Below are positions 1 to 9,520 of a stretch of DNA of 64,000 nt, in pieces. Positions within the stretch are counted from its first letter, which is position 1. Every line of letters begins with the position of its first letter. This DNA comes from Clostridium sp. (lineage in GTDB: Bacteria; Bacillota; Clostridia; TANB77; CAG-508): contig JAHAKD010000007.1 in the NCBI GenBank assembly GCA_018371855.1, positions 27,820 through 91,819 on the forward strand, given 5' to 3'. Made by a program: the position numbers and the translations under genes. Below the pieces are notes generated by a model, which ran no database searches, was not told the DNA's origin, and saw only the letters and a program-made list of their open reading frames with translations.

Positions 1-1030
1 CAAATAATAATATAAATACTACATATTTAAATATATTAATTTCGATAAAATTTAATTGTGCTAGATTAGTAGGTATTAGGCTTATAAGAAAAATTATTCC
101 AGCAAAGCAATAAATAACACCATTAGTATCTACTATATTAGAAATCTTTTTAAATATGTTTATAGATAGAGCAGTAGCTATACATAAGTAACTTATAACT
201 GCAACTGTCCAAATTAATAAGAATATTGCATCAAGTCTTTGGAAGAACCTACCAAATTCAATATATCTAGTGGCTAGGTATAATGCCATTATTTCTTCAC
301 TGTTTCTTATAAAAGGAAATAATGCAAGAAAAGATACTATACTAAAGAAGAATAATACTACTGATAAAATTGTTGAGATTCTCGCAATTTTTTTAAATGA
401 ATTTGTGTCTTCTACCATTGGTGGTAAAAAATAAATTATAGAAAGACTGGAGAATGCAAACATGTTGCTTAGTCCTGTAATAAAGGTTGATTTCACTCCA
501 CTTCCTAAAATTGGAAATAGACCATTAAAATCATAGTTTTTTAAATTAGCAAGCAAAACAAATATTATACAAAAAATAATTACAGGGAGTATTAATAAAT
601 TAACTTTTGAAATTACTTTAAATCCTAATTTATTTCCAAAAATAATTGCAAAAATAAATAATATTACAATTACTACAATAGGAAGTTTATCCAGATATAT
701 TATTTTTAAATTTTCAGAAAAGCTTCTAAGCAGAACACTTGTAAAAACTATAAAATAAGTTATAAAAAGAAATCCAGTAATAACTTTTAAAATTTTTCCT
801 CCTAAATACTGTGAAACATCTAAAATATCTTGCCCAGAAAAATGCTTAAAAAGAAATAGTAGTAATTGAACAAACAATAGAACTATTATTCCAATAAATA
901 ATATATTAAGAGCAGAGGCAGAACCAGTATTAGCTATTATGCTTTTAGAGAAGTTAAGTATGACATGATTTATAATTATTATAAGAACTAATCCAATGGA
1001 TTCAAGATTGCTTAATTTTATATTATTCAT
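1..1030 (-). CDS. Spore germination protein, GerAB/GerKB-type (amino acid permease-like membrane subunit); C-terminus truncated by the window edge
   Basis: The minus-strand ATG at 1030-1028 overlaps the gerKA stop by 4 nt. The translation (MNNIKLSNLESIGLVLIIIINHV...) is hydrophobic and multi-pass. Its position directly downstream of a GerA-type subunit is typical of ger operons. Confidence 0.7.
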   Translation of the reverse strand, partial: MNNIKLSNLESIGLVLIIIINHVILNFSKSIIANTGSASALNILFIGIIVLLFVQLLLFLFKHFSGQDILDVSQYLGGKILKVITGFLFITYFIVFTSVLLRSFSENLKIIYLDKLPIVVIVILFIFAIIFGNKLGFKVISKVNLLILPVIIFCIIFVLLANLKNYDFNGLFPILGSGVKSTFITGLSNMFAFSSLSIIYFLPPMVEDTNSFKKIARISTILSVVLFFFSIVSFLALFPFIRNSEEIMALYLATRYIEFGRFFQRLDAIFLLIWTVAVISYLCIATALSINIFKKISNIVDTNGVIYCFAGIIFLISLIPTNLAQLNFIEINIFKYVVFILLF

Positions 1031-2705
1031 TAGGATGCCTCCATTTCATACTTATATTGTTTTGTGCACGTTCTTTTTTAGGATGAAGATAGTTATGTCT
1101 AAATTCTTGCATCCATGTTGGCATAACAATGAAATTGTTAGATTTTTTATTAAAATTAATACTATCATTTGGGTTTAAATATTGTACACCAAATGATTTA
1201 ATACTACAAAAAATGCACAAGTAAACGTATAAACCTATGGCAATCCCAAGAAAACCTGCAATATATGCAGCTATTGTAAATAAGAATCTAGTAATTCTTA
1301 AGTGAAATCCAAATGAAAAATCCGGAATAGCAAAAGATGCAATACCTGTAATTGCAACAATTATTATAAGGAAAGGACTAACAATACTAGCGCTTACAGC
1401 TGCTTGCCCCAGAACAAGTGCACCTACTATTCCGATTGTGGGGCCTACCGGAGAAGGAACTCTAAGGCCAGCTTCTCTAATTAGCTCAAATGAAATTTCC
1501 ATTACTAGTAATTCAAAGATTATGGGAAAAGGAACATTCTCTCTAGATGCCCATAAGGAAAATAATAATTCTGTGGGTAATAATTCCTGATGAAAATCAA
1601 CAATTGCAATGTATATACTAGGAAGTAATAAAGTTATAGCCATAGCTAGAAACCTTAAAAACTTAAGAAAATTAGCAAAAGCTGGTCTTAAATTTGTGTC
1701 TTCTGGTGAAGAGATAAAATCAACTATAGTTGCTGGTAAAATAATACAATATGGATTTCCATTTACTAAGATAACAACTCTGCCTGCATATAAATTTTTT
1801 GCAGCTTTATCTGGTCTTTCGGTTGATAATACTTGTGGAATATTGTATTTATTATCTTCACATATTAACTGTTCTAATTGACCTGTAGAAAGAAGAGTAT
1901 CTATTTCTAAATTGTTTAATCTATATCTAACTTCTGCAACTAAATCTGAATTTGCTATATTTTTTAAATAACATATAGCACATGGTGTTTTACTTAGCTT
2001 TCCAACTAAAACATTTTCTATAACCAAATTTTCAGTATTTGTTGCTCTACGTAACATAGAAGTATTTACACGAATTGATTCTACAAAGGCTTCTTGTGGA
2101 CCTTTAATAATTATTTCGTTATTTGGAGAACTTACACTTCTTTGTTTAAATCCTTTTACATCCAAATTAAAAGCAATATCTAAGGAATCTACAAAAAGAA
2201 CACAATTTCCCATATTAATAGCAGAAAAAATATTGTTAAACTCTGTTTCTTTTACTAATGAATTTTGTGGTAATAATGAATTTTCTATTTCCACTGCCAA
2301 GTCATTAGAATCTCTTTGTATAATAACTTTTTTATCTTTATTAATAGTTTTTAGACTATGAGTTTTGTACGTATTTGTTATATTTCTTAACATTAAAGGT
2401 TTTAATATGAATTGATTAATTAAATTTGAATCAGACATTCCATCAATGTATATAATAAAAGCTGAATAAGGTTTGTTGTTAGATTTTAATTTGAATTTTC
2501 TAACTATAATATCGCTATTTATTAAAGTATTATATTTTCTATCGATAATATTCTTATTATCTTTTAAATTAATAGAAACTTTTTCGTTAGCTTCGTAGGA
2601 TATATTTTTTGAGGTAGATATATTTACAGAAAAATCATATGAATCTTGTGGACCTTTATATGTTATTAAATTAGCAAGAGATTGTTTTAATCTTGAAAAA
2701 TTCAT
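1023..2705 (-). CDS. Spore germination protein, GerAA/GerKA family
   Basis: The 560-aa product has a soluble N-terminal domain and a C-terminal multi-TM region (…PFPIIFELLVMEISFELIREAGLRVPSPVGPTIGIVGALVLGQAAV…) characteristic of GerA-family receptor A subunits. It is translationally coupled to the B subunit. Confidence 0.8.
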   Translation of the reverse strand: MNFSRLKQSLANLITYKGPQDSYDFSVNISTSKNISYEANEKVSINLKDNKNIIDRKYNTLINSDIIVRKFKLKSNNKPYSAFIIYIDGMSDSNLINQFILKPLMLRNITNTYKTHSLKTINKDKKVIIQRDSNDLAVEIENSLLPQNSLVKETEFNNIFSAINMGNCVLFVDSLDIAFNLDVKGFKQRSVSSPNNEIIIKGPQEAFVESIRVNTSMLRRATNTENLVIENVLVGKLSKTPCAICYLKNIANSDLVAEVRYRLNNLEIDTLLSTGQLEQLICEDNKYNIPQVLSTERPDKAAKNLYAGRVVILVNGNPYCIILPATIVDFISSPEDTNLRPAFANFLKFLRFLAMAITLLLPSIYIAIVDFHQELLPTELLFSLWASRENVPFPIIFELLVMEISFELIREAGLRVPSPVGPTIGIVGALVLGQAAVSASIVSPFLIIIVAITGIASFAIPDFSFGFHLRITRFLFTIAAYIAGFLGIAIGLYVYLCIFCSIKSFGVQYLNPNDSINFNKKSNNFIVMPTWMQEFRHNYLHPKKERAQNNISMKWRHPNE

Positions 2706-2814
2706 TAATTTACTCCTATATATAATTATTAAAATTAGTAATTTCCAATAAATAAAAAAATATGTACAATTTTGAAAAAATTACTATATACAACTGTATA
2801 GCATAAATGATATA

Positions 2815-2947
2815 ATTAAATAGATACTAGAAAAATTCTCCTAGTAGGAGAATTTTTTGTAGTAGATATTTATGGCTAATTTTAGATTTTCTAGCATTTA
2901 CTAATGCGTAGAAAATCTTGTGTTTGGTTAAATAGATACTAGAAAAA
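2815..2947. repeat. Two 20-nt direct repeats (TTAAATAGATACTAGAAAAA) about 112 bp apart; copy 1 continues into a perfect hairpin (ATTCTCCT-AGT-AGGAGAAT + T-run), copy 2 continues into the RBS AGGAGA and the start codon of the downstream gene
   Basis: Exact repeat at 2815-2834 and 2927-2946. The hairpin at 2835-2862 contains AGGAGA paired with an anti-SD sequence. Confidence 0.6.
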
Positions 2948-2961
2948 ATTAGGAGATTTTT

Positions 2962-4083
2962 ATGAAAAATAGAATTTTAACATTTATATTAATAGTTTTA
3001 ATTTTAGGAATAATTGGAGGAATAGCATATGCTTTTATCCAATATATAGGAATAGATACGACTGATATTTTATCATTAGTTACAGGTACAAATGAAGTAA
3101 GTAATGAAACAATTAAACCATTAGAGCCAACAGGAAGTAGTTCTAACACACTATTATCAAGTTCTTTAGATGTTCAATCTACAAGTCAAAATGCTAACAC
3201 TACAGTATCAGCTGGAAAATATAAATATTATTACGATCAGTTAGATCCAAACGCTAAGATAATATATTCAGCTGTTGAATCTAATATAGAAAATTTAAAA
3301 ACAGGTACTGCAAAAATTGATTTTGGTAGTCAATTTAATTCTTTGTTAAACGAAGAAAATGGAAAAGAAAGATTGAATGTAGCTTATCAAGCAGCATTGG
3401 ATGCATTTGGTTTAGATTATCCAGAAGTATTTTATATAGATGTAACTAAAATGGTATTAATGATATATTCAACTACTAATATTTGGGGTACAAAATATGA
3501 AGTCTCTATAGAGCCAGCAGAAGTAGGAAGTTATTTAGTAGATGGTTTTACTTCAAAAACAGATGTAGATTCTGCACTAAATAGATTAGAAGCTATTAAA
3601 GCAGATATTGCAAGACAGGTGGCAAATGATGAGCCATATACTAAAGTAAAAAAAATACATGATTTTTTAGTAGATTATATAGAGTATGATTCTTCAATGG
3701 CACGAACAAATACTAGAAATATATATGGTGCATTAGTAGAGCAAAATGTCGTTTGTGAAGGTTATGCAGAATCATTAAAATATTTATTAGATGCTGTAGG
3801 TGTACCATGCGTTGAAATAGTTGGAACTGGAACAAATTCTGCTGGTCAAACAGAAGCACATGCGTGGAATTATGTTATGCTTAATAATAAATGGTATGCG
3901 GTAGATGTTACTTGGGATGATCCAACAATTATAGGAAGTGGAAGAGTACCTACATCAACTAAAACTAGATATTTCTTACGAGGAGAAACGAATTTTAATA
4001 AAACTCATTTTCCAAGTGGGCAAGTTTCAGATGGAGGTTCTGTATTTATATATCCAGAATTAAGTATGGAAGATTATGAATAA
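2962..4083 (+). CDS. Membrane-anchored transglutaminase-like domain protein
   Basis: There is an N-terminal TM helix and a C-terminal transglutaminase-core-like segment (VVCEGYAESLKYLLDAVGVPCVEIVGTG…AHAWNYV…WYAVDVTWDD), i.e. a Cys/His/Asp arrangement. The RBS AGGAGA lies 7 nt upstream. Confidence 0.65.
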   Translation: MKNRILTFILIVLILGIIGGIAYAFIQYIGIDTTDILSLVTGTNEVSNETIKPLEPTGSSSNTLLSSSLDVQSTSQNANTTVSAGKYKYYYDQLDPNAKIIYSAVESNIENLKTGTAKIDFGSQFNSLLNEENGKERLNVAYQAALDAFGLDYPEVFYIDVTKMVLMIYSTTNIWGTKYEVSIEPAEVGSYLVDGFTSKTDVDSALNRLEAIKADIARQVANDEPYTKVKKIHDFLVDYIEYDSSMARTNTRNIYGALVEQNVVCEGYAESLKYLLDAVGVPCVEIVGTGTNSAGQTEAHAWNYVMLNNKWYAVDVTWDDPTIIGSGRVPTSTKTRYFLRGETNFNKTHFPSGQVSDGGSVFIYPELSMEDYE

Positions 4084-4155
4084 AATATTTTTAGAAATGG
4101 GAGGGGAACAGAGAAAATGTTCCTCTTAGTTTTTTACTAATTGGTTTACGTAAAT

Positions 4156-4190
4156 TGACGAGATTGTAAAAAATATGTTATAATGGTCAA
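4156..4190 (+). promoter_or_regulatory. Sigma-A-like promoter (TTGACG – 18 nt – TATAAT) for the 4243 ORF
   Basis: aaaTTGACGagattgtaaaaaatatgtTATAATggtc. Confidence 0.5.
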
Positions 4191-4242
4191 GATAACTTGT
4201 TAACTAAAACTAAAAAAGGCGTAATGCCAGGAGGAAGAGAGG

Positions 4243-5238
4243 ATGAAGTATTTGTTTCTCAAAATTAAACTGTTCTGTATGTCCTTGAGCAGAGTTAAGG
4301 ATGTAACAGATCAAAATGAATATCGGTCCGAACTAAAGAGGTTGGATATCCGAATTTTCAAAAGCAGGAATATGTTGTATGTGGTTAAACAAAATGAAAT
4401 TTTGTTTAAAACTATATCAAAATACTTTGAAGTGATATATGCTCCAATGAATGGATCTTTCATATTCAGGATTATACCAAATCAAAATTTTGGAAGCCAA
4501 GTATACGAGGTAATGATAGACAGGATTGTGCATTTGGAAGAAATTTCTGGTTTCATAGATTTTTATGAAGCAAAAGACTTTCCGCTTATTGTAGGAAGTA
4601 ACGGAGATGAAAACTTCAGAATATACAATTATGAAAGACATCAGCTCCTTTTTGCGGAAAAAGGAGAAATACATTGGCTTGAAAATGCCAGAATATTTAT
4701 AGCAAAGAAAAGGTTTTCAGATTGGTACGTTATTACTCCAAAAATAGAGCAAAACGAATGCGTTTGGGAAAAAAATAATAGTGTATCATTTACTGCTAGA
4801 CCTAGTGACATTCTAACCCCTCAGTTAGTAGGAAATAAAGTCATACAGCTAGGGAAGGGGAAAGTATATAGCCTTCAAAATTTTGATTCTGTAAAAAAAG
4901 TAAATTGGTTGCCATATCCATACGAATATATTGCGAAAAGCAAAGAAGATATATATATGCTTGGATGTACTAAAGACGTATGGTTGCTTGATATTGACGG
5001 AGACGGTATTATGCCATTTGCAGAGAACTTCAAAGGTTTAGAGAACTTTTTGGTTGTTAAGAAAGACAAAAATATAGTCATTGTTCAATATGATAAAGAA
5101 GAAGATCAGCTCATTAAATTGAGAAAATTTAAGGGAATCAAAGTAGAATTGACCGAGCCAGAACTCGATTTAAATGCTGGTTGTGTGAAAATTCCAATAA
5201 AGCTTATTTCGGAGAGATATTTAAACAACGAGGAATAA
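4243..5238 (+). CDS. Hypothetical protein (331 aa), noticeably higher GC than its surroundings; no recognisable domain
   Basis: Strong RBS GGAGGAAGAGAGG before the ATG. It has its own promoter and a terminator hairpin. GC is about 36% against about 27% in the flanks. Confidence 0.55.
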   Translation: MKYLFLKIKLFCMSLSRVKDVTDQNEYRSELKRLDIRIFKSRNMLYVVKQNEILFKTISKYFEVIYAPMNGSFIFRIIPNQNFGSQVYEVMIDRIVHLEEISGFIDFYEAKDFPLIVGSNGDENFRIYNYERHQLLFAEKGEIHWLENARIFIAKKRFSDWYVITPKIEQNECVWEKNNSVSFTARPSDILTPQLVGNKVIQLGKGKVYSLQNFDSVKKVNWLPYPYEYIAKSKEDIYMLGCTKDVWLLDIDGDGIMPFAENFKGLENFLVVKKDKNIVIVQYDKEEDQLIKLRKFKGIKVELTEPELDLNAGCVKIPIKLISERYLNNEE

Positions 5239-5252
5239 CATCCTTAATAAGA

Positions 5253-5290
5253 TACGGGTAGAAGATAACATCTTTTACCCGTATTTTACA
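5253..5290 (+). terminator. Rho-independent terminator
   Basis: ATACGGGTA…TACCCGTAT stem followed by TTTTACA. Confidence 0.55.
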
Positions 5291-5376
5291 TGAATTGAAT
5301 AAATTAAATAAATAATATTATGGAAAGATTATTATATAATATTTAAAACAGTATAAAAACAAATATTTATCTGCTT

Positions 5377-6855
5377 TTATAATATTATACAAATTAATCC
5401 ACCACTACCTTCATTTACAATTCGCTCTAGTGTTTCTTGTAATTTTATTTGTGCATCCTCCGGCATATGAGCTAACTTACTTTGTAACCCTTCATTAACA
5501 AGTTCATGTAGACTCTTACCAAAGATATTAGATTCCCAAATTTTCTTAGGGTCGTTTTCAAATTCAGATAGTAAGTAATTTACTAATTCTTCAGATTGTT
5601 TTTCAGAACCAACTATTGGAGATACCTCTGTTTCTATATCGGCTCTTATCATATGTATAGAAGGAGCTTTAGCTTTTAGTTTTACTCCAAATCTAGAGCC
5701 TTGTTTAACCATTTCTGGTTCATCCAATATTAATTCATCAATCGAAGGTGTAACAATTCCATAGCCTTTTGCTTTAACTTCTTCTAAGGCAAAAGATATT
5801 TTATCATATTCTTTCTTTACTTCTGAAAATTCAGCCATTGTTTTAAATAAATCACCATCATTTGAGATTGAAACACCAGAGATTTCTGTTAGTACACTAT
5901 AGAATAGAGTTTCTTTAAGCACAATAGATATATAGACACTTCCAGTTCCAAGTTCAATTTTATTTACACATGCTTGTTGTATAACTTCAGAAGATAATAA
6001 ATTTTGAATGCAGTTGTCAATTTGTTTTAGAATTTTAACTTTTTCAAATGCAGTTTTTAGATCATTTAGTAATGTGCTTTTTAAAGGATGGCTTTCATCT
6101 AGAATATCTATCCACTTCGGAAAACTAATATTAATTTGATTAATAGGGAATTCATATAAAACCTTAGAGAATATATTATTTATATCATCAAGAGTTAATT
6201 CGGAGCAATTAATACAAATTACGGTTGTTTCATACTTTACTTCTAAACTTCTGGCTAATTCCTTTGTGTATTCAGAATTAGGATTTTCAGAATTTAATAC
6301 GATGACAAATGGTTTATTTAAAGATTTTAATTCATTTACAACACGTTCTTCTGCATTTACATAATCTTCTCTAGGAATATCCGTAAAACTACCATCTGTA
6401 GTCATTACAATACCTATTGTAGAATGTTCTTCTATTACTTTTTTTGTTCCTATTTCTGCAGCTTGTTCGAAAGGCATTTCTTCGTCAGACCAAGGCGTTT
6501 TTACCATTCTAGGCATATCATCTTCTAAATACCCTATTGCATTATTAACTAAATAACCAACACAATCTACCAATCTAGTTCTTAATTTAATGTTATCTCC
6601 AATAGTTATTTCGACAGCTTCATTAGGAACAAATTTAGGTTCTGTTGTCATAATTGTTCTTCCTGAGGCGCTTTGTGGTAGTTCATCTGTAGCACGTTCT
6701 TTTTTATACTCATTTTCAATATTAGGAATAACTAATAAATCCATAAAATTTTTTATAAAAGTGGACTTACCAGTTCTAACAGGTCCAACAACACCAACAT
6801 AGATATCGCCATCTGTACGTTTTGCAATATCTTCGTATACATTAATATTTTCCAT
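5377..6855 (-). CDS. spoIVA: Stage IV sporulation protein A (coat-assembly ATPase)
   Basis: The product is 492 aa and begins MENINVYEDIAKRTDGDIYVGVVGPVRTGKSTFIK (Walker A), with the same length and N-terminus as SpoIVA. Confidence 0.92.
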   Translation of the reverse strand: MENINVYEDIAKRTDGDIYVGVVGPVRTGKSTFIKNFMDLLVIPNIENEYKKERATDELPQSASGRTIMTTEPKFVPNEAVEITIGDNIKLRTRLVDCVGYLVNNAIGYLEDDMPRMVKTPWSDEEMPFEQAAEIGTKKVIEEHSTIGIVMTTDGSFTDIPREDYVNAEERVVNELKSLNKPFVIVLNSENPNSEYTKELARSLEVKYETTVICINCSELTLDDINNIFSKVLYEFPINQINISFPKWIDILDESHPLKSTLLNDLKTAFEKVKILKQIDNCIQNLLSSEVIQQACVNKIELGTGSVYISIVLKETLFYSVLTEISGVSISNDGDLFKTMAEFSEVKKEYDKISFALEEVKAKGYGIVTPSIDELILDEPEMVKQGSRFGVKLKAKAPSIHMIRADIETEVSPIVGSEKQSEELVNYLLSEFENDPKKIWESNIFGKSLHELVNEGLQSKLAHMPEDAQIKLQETLERIVNEGSGGLICIIL

Positions 6856-7023
6856 TTATAAAATACCTCCTCATAGAAAATGTTTGTACTAAGTTACTTT
6901 AGTTAAGTATATTAGTGGTTTGTCAAAGATATTCCACAAATTGCAAAAAATGAAGGGAAATTTATAAGCATTGCAAAATAAAAAATCATATGATAAAATA
7001 AAGTAGTGAATTGGAGGTTTAAT

Positions 7024-8277
7024 ATGAAAGATGAAAAAGTAATAGAAAATTTAAAAAAATATAATCAGAATAGAACTTTAAAAATATTAGAAAATGTAGA
7101 TGAAACAACAAAAAATAAGATAATTGAGCAATTAGAAGATATTAATTTCCCACAATTAAAAGAATTATATAACAATATAAAAGAAGAGGCAGAAGTTAAT
7201 GTTGGAGAATTAAAACCAATAAAATCATTAAATCCAGATAAAATATCAAAAGAAGAAAGAGAAAATTATGAAGAGATTGGAGCAGATGTTGTAAGAAATA
7301 AAAAATTTGCAGTAGCGACAATGTCTGGAGGTCAAGGAACTAGACTAGGATATAAAGGGGCAAAAGGAACTTTTAAAATTGATGTAGAACCAGAGCCAAA
7401 GTATTTATTTGAAATAATAGTAGATACATTACAAAGAGCAAATAAACAATATAATACTATAATTCCATGGTATATTATGACAAGTCATGAGAATAATCAA
7501 GAAATAGTGGATTTCATGGAAGAACATAATTATTTTGGATATAATAAAGAATATGTAGGATTTTTCGAACAAGGTGAATTGCCATTAATAACAGAAGATG
7601 GACAAATAATATTAGATGAAAACAACAATATAAAAAAAGCATCAGATGGTAATGGAAGTATATTTAAGTCTATGTACATGAAAGGTGTGCTAGATGATAT
7701 GAAAGAAAAAGGAATAGAATGGGTATACATAGGTTCTATAGATAATGTCTTATTAAAAATGGTAGATACATTATTAATGGGAGTAGCTATAAAAGAAGGT
7801 TCAGAAATTGCTACAAGGTCTATATTTAAAAATACACCAAGAGAAAGAATAGGATCTTTATGTATTCAAGATGGAAAAGTTAAAGTTATAGAATATTCGG
7901 AACTTCCAGAAGATATGATAGAGGCAAAAGACGAAAATGGAGAAATTCTATTTGGCGAATCACATGTAATGTGTAATTTATTTAGTTTAAAAGCCTTGGA
8001 AAAAATTAGCTTACAAAATTTGCAATATCATAAAGCACATAAAAAATATAGCTATATGGATGAAAATGGCAAAATGATTGAACCAGAAGAACCAAATGCT
8101 TATAAATTTGAATATTTTATATTTGACTCATTTGAGTTTTTTAATCAAATTTCTATTGTAAGAGGAAAAAGAGAAGAGGATTTTGCACCAGTAAAAAATA
8201 AAGAAGGTGTAGATAGTCCAGTAACAGCAAGCAAGTTATATAATGATTATTGGAGGAAACAAAATGGAAGAGTGTAA
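7024..8277 (+). CDS. UDP-sugar (UDP-N-acetylhexosamine) pyrophosphorylase, eukaryotic-type UDPGP family
   Basis: MSGGQGTRLGYKGAKGTF nucleotide-binding motif. The RBS GGAGG lies upstream of the ATG at 7024 (the ORF-track start at 7006 is probably too early). Confidence 0.7.
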   Translation: MKDEKVIENLKKYNQNRTLKILENVDETTKNKIIEQLEDINFPQLKELYNNIKEEAEVNVGELKPIKSLNPDKISKEERENYEEIGADVVRNKKFAVATMSGGQGTRLGYKGAKGTFKIDVEPEPKYLFEIIVDTLQRANKQYNTIIPWYIMTSHENNQEIVDFMEEHNYFGYNKEYVGFFEQGELPLITEDGQIILDENNNIKKASDGNGSIFKSMYMKGVLDDMKEKGIEWVYIGSIDNVLLKMVDTLLMGVAIKEGSEIATRSIFKNTPRERIGSLCIQDGKVKVIEYSELPEDMIEAKDENGEILFGESHVMCNLFSLKALEKISLQNLQYHKAHKKYSYMDENGKMIEPEEPNAYKFEYFIFDSFEFFNQISIVRGKREEDFAPVKNKEGVDSPVTASKLYNDYWRKQNGRV

Positions 8278-8932
8278 AATAAAAAATTTATATAATTTAG
8301 ATGAGACTATTGCTAAAGATATTTTTGATGGAGTTACATATCCATGGGAGGCTTTACCAAAAATAGAAGAATTTATTATAAAATTTGGCAAAACTTTAGA
8401 TAAAGATGAATATGAAGAAAAAGGAGAAAATATTTGGATTGCTAAAAGTGCTAAAGTAGCTCCAACAGCATATATTGCAGGTCCAGCAATAATCGGTAAG
8501 AATGCAGAAATAAGACATTGTGCTTTTATTAGAGGAAAAGCTATTGTTGGAGAAGGTGCAGTAGTTGGTAATTCAACAGAATTAAAAAATGTCATATTAT
8601 TTAATAAAGTACAAGTTCCACATTATAACTATGTAGGTGATTCAATATTAGGATATAAATCACATATGGGAGCAGGTTCAATTACTTCAAATGTTAAATC
8701 AGATAAAAAACTAGTAATTGTAAAAAATGGCAAGGAACAAATAGAAACAGGCTTAAAAAAATTCGGTGCAATGTTAGGTGATGAAGTAGAAGTTGGATGT
8801 GGCTCTGTATTAAATCCAGGAACTATAGTAGGAAAACATACTAATATATATCCACTATCATCAGTAAGAGGAGTAGTTCCAGAACATTCTATATACAAAA
8901 ACAAAAACGAGATAGTAGAAAAAATAGATTAA
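8264..8932 (+). CDS. Left-handed beta-helix (hexapeptide-repeat) acyl/acetyltransferase, GlmU C-terminal-like
   Basis: Repeated [LIV]G-x-x-x-x hexapeptides (AYIAGPAIIGKNAEI…IVGEGAVVGNS…). GGAGG precedes the ATG at 8264. It overlaps the 3' end of the preceding gene, which suggests coupling. Confidence 0.65.
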   Translation: MEECKIKNLYNLDETIAKDIFDGVTYPWEALPKIEEFIIKFGKTLDKDEYEEKGENIWIAKSAKVAPTAYIAGPAIIGKNAEIRHCAFIRGKAIVGEGAVVGNSTELKNVILFNKVQVPHYNYVGDSILGYKSHMGAGSITSNVKSDKKLVIVKNGKEQIETGLKKFGAMLGDEVEVGCGSVLNPGTIVGKHTNIYPLSSVRGVVPEHSIYKNKNEIVEKID

Positions 8933-8943
8933 TCTGCAAAAAG

Positions 8944-8975
8944 AGCAAGGATAATACCTTGCTCTTTTTGCTATG
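8944..8975. terminator. Bidirectional terminator hairpin
   Basis: AAAAAGAGCAAGGtattatCCTTGCTCTTTTT. Confidence 0.6.
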
Positions 8976-9018
8976 AATATAATTACCAGAATATATACAA
9001 AATTAAATTATCCTAGAA

Positions 9019-9396
9019 TTATACACTTTGAGTACCTGGAATAAAATAATCTACAACTCCATAAATTAAAGCACCAATTATTGCTGCCATCCAAGATATT
9101 GTATAACCTGCAACGAAAAATTGTGTAGCATATAATGTGGCGACTGCAAGTGCGAAACCGACAATACCTCTACCAAAGCTACTAGCATGTAAACCAGTAA
9201 ATTTAGTAATTATATAGTCCATAAGAGAAAGAACTATAGCAGCAATAGCTAATGTCCAAAGATTATTAATTGAGAAACCAGGAGTGAAAAAAGCAGTTAT
9301 AGCTAGAACTACAGCAGATGTTACTAATCTCCATAGTATTTGTCCCATGGTACTTGTAGTTGAATTTCCTTTTACATTCATTTGACTATCAGCCAT
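9019..9396 (-). CDS. Phage-holin-4-like / DUF360 family small membrane protein
   Basis: 125 aa with four predicted TM segments, of the YvlD / holin-superfamily-IV type. Confidence 0.55.
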   Translation of the reverse strand: MADSQMNVKGNSTTSTMGQILWRLVTSAVVLAITAFFTPGFSINNLWTLAIAAIVLSLMDYIITKFTGLHASSFGRGIVGFALAVATLYATQFFVAGYTISWMAAIIGALIYGVVDYFIPGTQSV

Positions 9397-9520
9397 AATA
9401 TAAAACCTCCTTAAAATGGTTTCATAATAGTATTATTTACACAAGTTAAATAATTATTCAAAATGCATAAAAAAAATAAAAAATGACATAATAAAATTAA
9501 AAAATTAAGTAGGTGATAGT

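Noticed and set aside
996-1178. 60-aa plus-strand ORF overlapping the gerKA/gerKB junction
   Set aside because: It is antisense to two well-supported spore germination genes, has no RBS, and has hydrophobic junk composition typical of a spurious AT-rich ORF.
1609-1881. 90-aa plus-strand ORF inside gerKA
   Set aside because: It lies entirely within the antisense strand of a confidently called 560-aa gene, with no RBS.
6856-7005. Possible sigma-E-type promoter for spoIVA on the minus strand (AATATC…AATATACT)
   Set aside because: The match to the kmATATT/CATACAnT consensus is weak with ambiguous spacing, so I could not call it confidently by eye.
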